64,000 bases of DNA. Origin: Salpingoeca rosetta. Its lineage: Eukaryota > Protista > Choanoflagellata. This document shows positions 38,501 through 59,561 of this stretch, piece by piece. Below the pieces are notes generated by a model, which saw only the letters and a list, made by a program, of their open reading frames with translations, made no database searches and was not told the origin of the DNA. The stretch is from assembly GCA_033442325.1 (NCBI GenBank), contig JAWQFM010000020.1:681564-745563 (forward strand). Reading direction: 5' to 3'. The stretch's first letter is position 1. Each line of letters starts with the position of its first letter. Position numbers and translations under genes: made by a program.

Positions 38501-38869
38501 TGTGCCCGCCTCAATCTCCAGCATCTTCAAGGTACGCCTATTATGTAATGTAGCTCGTTCACCCGCGACAGCTCATGTTCAACGTGGCTCCTTCCTCTCG
38601 CGGCTCGTTGAACGCGATTCGTTTCTGCCTTTCCCTCTCCCTCTCTCCCTTCCCCCATCTCTCGTTGTTGGGGTGGGTGCACGAGCAATTGATGATAACT
38701 TTACCACATGTTGGGTGACGGAGGCAGGCGTACTCCGGTACCCTCCTTCGATGGACCACCAACACTTAGCTCTAGAATTTCTGATGCGTGCAATCCATAT
38801 CTTTTCCTTGACATGAGTTGTCCTGTCCTCCCTGCCTCTTGCGTTCTCCTCCTCCCCCTCCTCCTCCTC

Positions 38870-38923
<54 letters not shown>

Positions 38924-41900
38924 CTTGTGGCCGTGTGAGGATAACTTTACCACATGTTGGGTGACGGAATGAGCATTTATGTGCGACTTTCGATGGACCA
39001 CCAACTTAAGCTCTAGAATTTCTGACGGCCACTCGTTGAACTTTTGTTGATGTCCGGGCTGCTGACCCACGTGGTCAACGTTTCTCTTTTTACCTCCTGT
39101 GCTTGCTCCTTGCTTGTTTGCACGCACCTAGCTCACACACACGCACGCACACACGCACACGCACACACGCACACGCACACGCACACACCAATCCACAGGT
39201 GTCTGGCTTTGAGCCAACCATCCTGGGGACCAACAAGTCCACCACGCTGGATGTCACGTTCCAGGCCAACTCGTCTGATCTGAACGTGCACTCGAGCGTC
39301 ATCGTGGCAGCTAATGCCAGCGAGGTTCCACTGTCCATCCCCATTTTCAGCTACAACGGCATGCTCAAGTACGCCGTCAGCGATGATGTAAGTACCAGCT
39401 TCAAAAGCCCCCCCCCCCACGCCCCATGCACATACATATGTGCATGTACCCCACGAGCACTTTTCTGCAGCACCACAGACAACAACAACAACTACCACCA
39501 CCACCACCACCACCACCACCACCACCACCACCACTACTACTACTACTACAGCGACAACTACAAACAACAAACAACGCCCGTGAAACTATCCATTGTCGAG
39601 CGAATTCCCACCTGGCATTGGTATAAACACAGGCCACAACAACCACAGCTCTTCAACACCTGTGTTTGCTTGCGGTTCTTGCCGAGAACTGTCAACAGCA
39701 GACCCATGTTGTCGAGCCGTGTACATTCCACACTGGTTGCATTTCTTTCGACACCCAAATTCTTGCCATCTGCAACTGCCTTGCTCCATGCACACACCTC
39801 TTCTTACTCCCATCCTTCGCTGACACACGCTTGTGTTTCCTCCATCCTCTCTTTTTCTTTTTCTTGTAGGGTTACGATGATGTGGCGTTTGGGGCTGTGC
39901 CTCTGGACAACGTGGCGACAAGCCCACTCCGGGTGCTCAACCCCAATCCCGTGAGTGTATCCATGCTGTCATATTCAAGCTCTTTGCCGGAGGTTGGCCT
40001 GGAACTCGTCAACGTGGCGCCGTCTCCAGAGCACATGGAAGTTGTCGAGTACGGGAAGATCTACAGCTCGCACTGGCAAGAGCCCCTCACCAAGGAGTCC
40101 CACACCGACGTGTCTTCGGATCAGGTGCGTGCGCGTGATGTTGCGTGAGCCAACGACGCCACAAGGCTGTCAAGCACTCGAATGGGGACGAACCGCAACA
40201 CATGTGTGCCACAGTGCTTCAAGAGAGCGACAGCACACCCAACATTCCTTGCGAGCAGCCACCACGATTGCACACACAATAGAACAAAACACGAACACAG
40301 TCGCACACACACACACACACAGAAGCGTGCACACGCACACACACAGTTGCACACACAGTCGCATCAACACAAGAGTCACCCGCATGCACGTAGCCACAGC
40401 CGCAGCCATACACACACAACTTACGCTCACACACTTGTTGTTTCTCCTCGCTGATGCGGGTGCATTTGCAGCATGACTTCAACTTGGTGCTGAAGCCCGG
40501 GTACATTGCCACGTTCAGCGTCACCGTGTCACCGAACAAAGGCAAGCACACCGGCAGCCTGGAGCTGCGCTCAACCTACCACAACATCCACGTTCCCGTG
40601 TCCTACGAGGGCGCTCGCCGTGCAATGCAATTTTACCCGACACGCGTCGTCTTCAACGCCAGCTACCCTTGGCAGCTGCTGCTTCACAATGACTACGGCA
40701 TTGAGTTTTCCGAGTCGATGCGGCCCCTCGTCCAGCCGCAGACGGTGCCGCTGCACATCAAGCCTGCGGACCGGAACGTCACCATTGACCGCATCTCCAC
40801 CACCGATCCGCGCGTGGTGCTGCGCCAGAACCCGGCCGTTGTTCGCGGCGTCCGCGCCAACTCCTCCACCAACATCCTCATTGGCCACATTGTGTTCAAC
40901 GCCTCCCTGGGGCCCGAGGAAGACAACTACATGCCCAAGGTGCGCCGGCACTTCAACTCGCTCACCCGCCCAGCCGTGCTCACCCGCGGCGATGTGGATG
41001 AGGTGGTGCGCTGCAACAAGCTCTGGAACACGCTCAGCCGCCGCAGCAAGACGGACGTCGTGGCATACCTGACGCTCGAGGCCAGCGGCGAGAAGCCCCA
41101 CGTCATCGACGTGCAGGCGCCGCTCATGAAGCCGTCCATCCTCTCCACCCCAGACCTCGCCTTTGACCTGACCCATGTGAAGATGACGTCGACCCGGCCG
41201 TTTGTCATCACCAACCCAAGCGACATGCCGCTGCTCGTGACGATTGTGCCCGTGGACGCCATTCCCGACGGCCCCATGATTAGCGCCCTCGAGCAGGCCA
41301 TGGCCGTCACCCACGCCGAACTCAAGTCTGCGCGCCAGCACAAGGGCGTCTTCTTCTCCACGCCATACCCACTGGACACCAACTCCACGGAGTACCTGAG
41401 AGGCTTTGCCAGCGACCGCGTGTCCGTTGGCGGCAGTGCAGCGCCGCGGCGGGCCCACTGCGGCGACGAGTGCGTCGACGGCCTCAATGACAACGCCTTC
41501 TTTCCAGAGGGGGAGGTGCCGGACGACTTTCTGCGCACCGCCCAGAAGACGCGCCAGCTCGCCAGCCCGCACCTCGATGAGTACGACGAGCTGGACGACG
41601 GCACGGGCAACAGCAACCCGGGCGGCGTATCGGACTCTGCCAGGCAGCATCTCACCGCAGCCAGCAACACCAAGCACAAGCTCGCCGCAGCCAGCCTGGC
41701 CCGTGCTCCCCGCGGCCAGCCGCTGGTGCTTGACTTTGAAGGCATCAGTGGTGGTGGCGCCTGGGCCTCCGCTCGCACCGACGGCCACGGCCAAGCTGAC
41801 GAGGACGAGGGCGAGGAAGACGACGAAGCTGATGGACCTGTGCTCGTCCCCGCATCAACCTTCCTTGGCCTCTCGCCAACAGCTACGGAGGAGGAACGCC

Positions 41901-42817
41901 GCGCCGCATCCACCAAGGCACAGCGCCGGAGGTGGGCGCTGCTGCTTGAGCCCAGACAGAACGTCACCATCAACGTCAACTTTGCGCCCGAGGACACGGG
42001 CTTCATCTCCTCGTACCTCCTGCTCGTGAACAACCTCACCATTGTCGAGGCGCTGCACGTCACGGGCGAGGCCGGCCGCGGCTCGTTTGGCTTCCCAAAG
42101 ACCCAGCCTCACATCCTCAACGGCACCCTGTCCATGCGCGTGCGCGAGAAGGACCTGCAGCACTGCCTTCGCGCCGGTGGCCTCACCCAACAGGAGACTC
42201 AGCACACGTTCATCTTCAACTTCACTGTTGTGAACCGCGGGAACATGCCCGTCACTGTTAGCGACATTGGCGTCAACGGCAACGGCTGCTCCGTCGACGG
42301 ATTCACCGTGTTCACGTGCAAGCCGTTTGTGCTCCGCCCACGCGAGCACCAGAAGATGGTCATTGGCTTCAGGCCCGACTTCACCACGGCCACCGTCAGG
42401 CGTTCGCTTCACGTCAAACTCAACAACGTGTCACAGCTCACCTTCCCCATGACAGCGTGGCTTCCTTCGGACATGCTCGCCCCATGCTTCGCCGCGCTTC
42501 CCGGGCCCGCGTGGGCCCAGTACTTCAAGCACACGGTTGTGGTCGGTATTGTCCTGATTGCCCTTGTTCTAGCCATGATTGAGTACCGGTTTGGCACGCT
42601 TCGCATGCACCTCAGCCGCGCAGCAGCGTTTGCCGCGCCCGCCCGCGCTGATACCACCGTCACCCAGCAGCAGCAGCAGCAGCAGCAGGAGCCGCCGCAG
42701 CCGTCCCAGGCTCGTGGTGCTCGGTCAGCTTCCAAGCCCACCGACGACGCCTCAGCCTCGGCCTCCTCAGCAAGAGCAGCCGCTCAAGCCACAGTGATTG
42801 ACAAACAACAGCAACAA

Positions 42818-42852
<35 letters not shown>

Positions 42853-45800
42853 AACGTCGCAGCCATCTTCGTCATCGTCCACACGGCGTGGTCAGGCCAA
42901 GAAGCAGGCTACTGGCAAGTCATCGTCAAAATCAAAGAAGCGCGGCAATGGCGGACGCCGCAGCGGCACATCCTCCGTGTCCAGCGCTTCGCACGATCGC
43001 AAGTCTGGCAATGCCAGCAGTGGCACCTCAAGCACCAGCACAAGTCGCACGTCCACTCCTCCTGTTACAGCCTCTGCGTCCCCGCCACTCGGTGATGAGC
43101 CAGTCCAGTTCCCACCCACACGTGCGGCCGCAGATGCCGGATCTGGCAATAGCGCGGGCCACGTGCTGACGGGGCCCGTTGACAAGGCGCCGGCGGCCCA
43201 GCAAGGCAAAGGGAAGAAGACCAAGCATGCGAAGACGCAGCACGCCGGCAAGCAAGCGGCGTCCAAAGCGAGGCCAGGCACGCCCGAGACCCTGCACGGG
43301 CGCGAGCGCGAACCAAGTTTGCAAACGACGGCGGCCAGTGTCCCGCAACGCTCAGCCGCAACTGAAAGGAAGAAGCCGCGCAAAGCAGCACACGCACCGG
43401 GTCACCCCTCGTCGTCCTCCGCGTCGTCCTCCTCGTCCACCGATGCATCCTCACCTGCAGCTGCACCAACAGCAGCAGCAGTTCAGCAGCCACCGCCAAC
43501 ACAGACAGACGGCAGCGGCCCCACGACAGAACCTGCCACGTCCACAATCACGCGTGCTCCTGGTCAGCACGAGCGAGACGATGGCAGGAGAAGTAGCAGC
43601 AGCGGTAGCGGCGGTGGTCGAGGCAGCACGAACAGTAATGTTGCCGCGGCTGCTGAACTGGTTGGTGGCAAGAAGGCTGGCCGTCATCAAGGCAAGCGGC
43701 AGTCCAGGGTCCGAGTCAGGCAGGGCGCAGCCCCCGCGCTCAAACAGCCTGGTGCGCTGCCTGCTGTGCAAAACCACGACGCCCTCATTCGCCAGGCCTT
43801 TACCCTCTTTGAGGAGCGGCATCACCTGAAGGCAGCTGACCGTGCTGAAGAAGGGGGTGAAAAGCCGGCCGAAGAGGCCGAGGATGATGATGGCGAGGAG
43901 GCGGAGGAGGAGGAGGATGTGCGCGAACAGACGCATGGTCGTACAGAGGTCCCCGCCGCAGGCGCCGTTGGCGACCCTGACTACGACGTTCTCACCCGGC
44001 ATCAGCAGCCGTTGGCGAGCAGTGAGAGCGTCTTACAACCAGATCAGTCCCACGCCGCACCCTCACCCATGTATGCTTCGGTGGGTAGCCACTTGACCAG
44101 CGCTTACGTCAACGATGGCCAGTTACCACAGCAGCAGCAGCAACAGCACAAGGCCCCGGCAGCACACGGCACCAAGACGTACGCCCAACTTGCTGATGGG
44201 CGAGCACAGCCGCAGGCATCTCTGCTGCAGCCTCCCCGTGCGTCTGAGTCGTCAACGACTGGCTTGGTTGGGCAGGGCGTTCCTCATGCGCAGTTCCACG
44301 AGGGCACGTTTGGCCAGTCGCAGTTTCTGACTTCGCACCAGGAACCGCAACTGCCACAGCAACAGGCCCTGGGGCCGTCGCTACCACAGTTGGACGAGCG
44401 CTTGGAGGCGGCGAGACACACGGGCTGGCCGATGGCCACGGAGCCTGCCGCGTCGTCCCAGGCACCAAGCTTCTCGCCCTTTGGCCTGTACTCCTACGAC
44501 GACAGCCGCACCACCTTCAGCGACACGGATGCCCTGCTGGAAGCGTCGACCTCGCAGACGGTCATCCACGACCCATTTGCAATGTATGGTGGCGGTAGCC
44601 TCCTGGAACAAGGCCCTCACCACACGGAGCCTGTGGCAGCCACCACCACCACTCAAAGCGCGCACCACGCTCATCAACAACAGCCGCCGCCGCAGCAGCA
44701 GCAGCAGCAGCAGTACCAGCACTTCCAGCAGCAAAATTTCCAGCAGCACCAGCAGACACAGCCACAGCAACTGCCATCCTCTGCAACCTTTGCCAGCACC
44801 AGCACCAGCACCAACAGCAACCTTCGCAGCAGCCATGGCAGGTACCATTACGGGTATGGCACGTCCAGCACTGGGCTTGGCCTGCCGAGCGAAGCCTTGG
44901 CTTCGGCCATGCAGGAAGGGTGGGACGATCGATCCCTGGCTTCGTCGACGAGTGTCGCCATGCAACATGCGGATGCTGGGCTTGCCACCTCATCGCCGTC
45001 CCTCCCTGCCCGGTATGCGATGGCACCGCCGTACATTCCACAAACGGAGCGGTTTGCGGAGGCGTCGTCCTCGTCGTCACCATCGACGTACACGTACGGG
45101 CACCCTGAAAGCACGGGGTTGTTGGGCCAACAACCAGCGACGAGCTTGTCGGCACAGGCATCGTCGAGCACTTCGCCGTTTTTCTCGGGAACCTATGTTC
45201 CATCGTTCTCCTCCTCGTCGCACGAGTCGCAGCATCAGCAGCACTCGCTGTCGCATGCTTCGTCGACCGACGACGCCTTTTCCCACTACGAGGCAGCCAC
45301 GGACTACGAGAACTACACAGCCTCTGCCACCTGGACCGAGGGCCTGGCGAATCTGATGCCGCAGGTTTCTTCGGACGAGCCGTACGTGCCTACAATTGGC
45401 GACGACCAACTCCTTGGCACTGGCGTGTCTTTCTTTGGCCAGGGCACCAGCTCCCCGTTTTACTCGTCAGTGCCCATGCACCAAGGCACGACGGCGTCTG
45501 CCACCTCGTCCGCCCCCGCCTCGAGCCTGCCGTCCACGACCGCAACTGCGTCGTCTACCGCAGGCCTTTTCACCCGCGAGACGGCCATCTGGTACGTTAT
45601 CGCTGAGCTTGTGTGTGCGTGCATGTGTGTGTGTGTGTGATGGCAGCCTGTACGAAAATTGTGCTTGTGATGAGAAATGTGCCTTCATGAGATAGGTGCC
45701 TCGTTGTGAGTCACTTGTGCATTGCATTGTGTTTCCGGCTCACCTTCTAATGCGCACATGTTTGACTGTCTGTTTTGGGTAGGGCGTCAAGTGTTCCATG

Positions 45801-45891
45801 GAGCCAGGGAGCAGGGGACGATGATGAGGAAGACTGGGGCCGTGCCGCCCGGGATTTGTTGAACCCTCCTCCTCCTTCTTCTTCCAGTTGA
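34958..45891 (+). CDS. TMEM131: TMEM131-like type I membrane protein (signal peptide, PapD/ASH-like Ig repeats, one TM helix, long disordered tail)
   Basis: Signal peptide VILVLFLTMLMAVPA. Motifs HASWFAREVIPPGENTTFSIVFLGRSLG, NPNGLRP, FYNPHPFPIKVEEVLSS, KVWEIEPF, AIIPVEIDI, LLLVNNLTIVE, FTVVNRGNMPVTV..INGNGC..DGF..FRPDFT. TM helix TVVVGIVLIALVLAMI (~42535). One 5.1 kb exon (40472-45591) and a final exon 45783-45891. Confidence 0.88.
38678..38792 (+). ncRNA. Intronic box C/D snoRNA, copy 1 (18S-antisense; U22/SNORD22-like)
   Basis: Box C TTGATGA (38689-38695) and box D CTGA (38781-38784). Terminal stem TGCAC-ga-GCA / TGC-GTGCA. TTAGCTCTAGAATT just before box D is the reverse complement of the conserved 18S segment AATTCTAGAGCTAA. 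Confidence 0.82.
38927..39032 (+). ncRNA. Intronic box C/D snoRNA, copy 2 (paralog of copy 1)
   Basis: Box C GTGAGGA (38935-38941) and box D CTGA (39022-39025). Perfect 7-bp terminal stem GTGGCCG/CGGCCAC. Same antisense elements as copy 1, with a different internal hairpin. Confidence 0.82.
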
Positions 45892-45979
45892 TCTGCCGGT
45901 GTTTTCGCTGCGTCTCCTGTGTTGCGTTGTCGTCCAACTTAGAGCGCAACTAACAGGTGAACTTCCTCCAATACTGCCG

Positions 45980-46031
<52 letters not shown>

Positions 46032-46725
46032 AACAATGCTGCGTTTCATGTGATGGTGGTGGTGATGCGATGCATCAGCACCAACAGCCGCACAAGCAAC
46101 ACAGCAACTGCGAGTTGTTTGTGCGGAGCGTCTTCGTGAATGTGTCCTTGATACGTGCAAGCGTCTTGTCTAAGCTTGCTCGCCATGTGATTCCCTCTCC
46201 TCTATTGCTGCCTGTACTCGTCTTAATATTTGATGTCAGCAATGTAAGTAATGCTCGCGTCCGTCGTCTTATCCTCAGAGAACATTTCGCTAGTTGTGAT
46301 TGATTTTCGTGTCCTTGTGTACTTGCGAATAAGCCACTGAACAGGCGTGGTGTTGGTTGCTTGAATCTGTCACACGTTTTCGCCAATGGGTTTGTTGAGT
46401 GCGCGCGTGCCTCTTGTGTTGCGTGTGATTTGCGGGATGATGGGTTCCTCGTTGCGCTGCGTGCGTGAATTGCGTCGTTTATTCATTCGCATCGCGTGGG
46501 CATGTGTCAGTGAGCACACCCCAACTTCCTCCCTCAGCGCATACACACACGCGCGCGCGCGTGTGTGTGGTGACGGCACACGTCGACAGCTGTTGTCAAA
46601 ACACAAGTAAACTAACATCTCGTACACGTGCACAGCCAAGAAAAATAAAAAGCAAGAAAAAGAGAGAGAGGGGGGGGGGGGTGGAACATGGGCAGAGGGC
46701 AATCATGAAAGTTGATGGTGGTGTG

Positions 46726-52973
<6,248 letters not shown>

Positions 52974-53496
52974 CTCGCACACCCAGGTGGTGGTGCTTCT
53001 TGTGTGCGAGCGTGGCGGTGGCTTGTGTTTGTTTGTTGGCTCAAGAGAGGAGGGCAGGCAGGGTAAACAACGGAAATCAACACCAAATAAAGTAGTGTAC
53101 ACAAACCACTCTGGTCTTGCTTGCTTGCACACACCGCGCTTGTTGCTGGCGGCTGTCCTGCGTGGCTGTTGAAGCTGTTTGTTTGTTGTTTGTGTGTGTG
53201 TGTGTGTGTGTGGCACACATCCTGCTGCTGCCTGTGCTTGTTGTCTCACTTCTTGATCGTTGTGGTACCTTGCTCCTCGCTGCCACTACGAGTACCACTG
53301 CAACTACCACACTCTTTTTTTGGGGATAGGAGTGCCGCCACTGGGGCTGCTTGTTTCCTGCGTGCTTGCTTGCTTGCTTGCTCGTGGCGGTCTGTGATTT
53401 GACACACCGGATACTGCCTTTTTGTTCTCCCCGTGTACAAGCAAGTTCGTGTTCCTTTTTTTGTGTTGTTGAGCGTTGTCCTGGGTGACCAGAAGG
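52974..53496. promoter_or_regulatory. Divergent intergenic region (probable bidirectional promoter) between the MGCGSS gene and Miro
   Basis: Head-to-head ATGs about 520 bp apart. Confidence 0.5.
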
Positions 53497-58390
<4,894 letters not shown>

Positions 58391-58413
58391 CATTAGGACT
58401 GCAGACAGAAGGA

Positions 58414-58524
<111 letters not shown>

Positions 58525-59419
58525 TGTGTGTCTGTGTGTCTGTCTGTGTGTGTGTGTGTTGTCGGCGCCATTGTCACATCCATCATCGACCAGGCATGTG
58601 TCGTGCTCATCGTTGTTGGCGTTGGGTGTGCGTGCGTGCGGTTCTTGCCGTAAGTTTATCGCACGTTTGTGGAGAACAATGGCACATCAAGCGAAACAAG
58701 CAGGTTTGTGGTTCGTCGTTCGTGTTGGTCGTGGATCTCTCACTGTGTAGTTCGCCTCGCATAATGTTGTGCTTGCTTGCTCGTTTCACGCGGGGTTTGT
58801 AATGTAAAAGAGCGATGTGTTCTTGGCTCCCAGCAGCTGATGCAGCGAATCAGCCAGCGAGTGGAGCGAGTAAACATCCATGAAGTGCCTCGAACTGTCC
58901 ACGCACGCAAGACCAACCGCTGCCACCACCAAGCACCACCAACCATCACCACCACACACCACGCGCGCACCCACCACGCTTGCTCCTTTTCACGGGTGTG
59001 CAAAGCATCGTATCATGTATTGGGTTCGAGAGCCTATGTACAGCGTAAGAGCGCAGCGAAAATATAAGGGAGCAAAAAGGCAGAAGAAAAAAGAGGGGAA
59101 GAGAGCAAAGCAAGGCAGGCCACACGAGGGGCTGGGTCAAATAACAAAAACCAGCCCCAGGCCGCACCGCACACACATGACGAGTACGTGCAAGCCACGC
59201 GTGACGCCAGGCAGGGAGGCAATAACAAGCCCAGACCAGAGCTGGGCTTCAAGTTAACGAGAACAAAGGCGAAAGGGGGCGGGTAGCAATGCAAGCCAAT
59301 CATCACACAGAAAGCAGCAACGCAACCACGCGTCACATACGGTCATCATCACACAAATGAGGTGGAGGCAAGTGCAAGTGCGAGTGCACGTTCTGCCGCC
59401 GCCGCCCTCAATACACCAC

Positions 59420-59548
59420 ACGACAACGCCACCACGACAACGCCACCACAATCACACGCCAACGCCACCACAATCACACGCCACGCCACCACAATCACAC
59501 GACAACGCCACCACAATCACACGACAACGCCACCACAATCACACGACA
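59420..59548. repeat. ~21-23-nt tandem repeat (CAACGCCACCACAATCACACG) just downstream of the glycosyltransferase stop
   Basis: About 5 imperfect copies are visible. Confidence 0.75.
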
Positions 59549-59561
59549 CGCCACTAGGCCA

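Noticed and set aside
38692-39025. Direct repeat read as CRISPR, LTR or transposon ends
   Set aside because: Only two copies, eukaryotic intronic context, no target-site duplication or transposase. Box C/D motifs and terminal stems explain it better.
40571-42063. 407-aa and 378-aa minus-strand ORFs
   Set aside because: Antisense shadows of the large TMEM131 exon.
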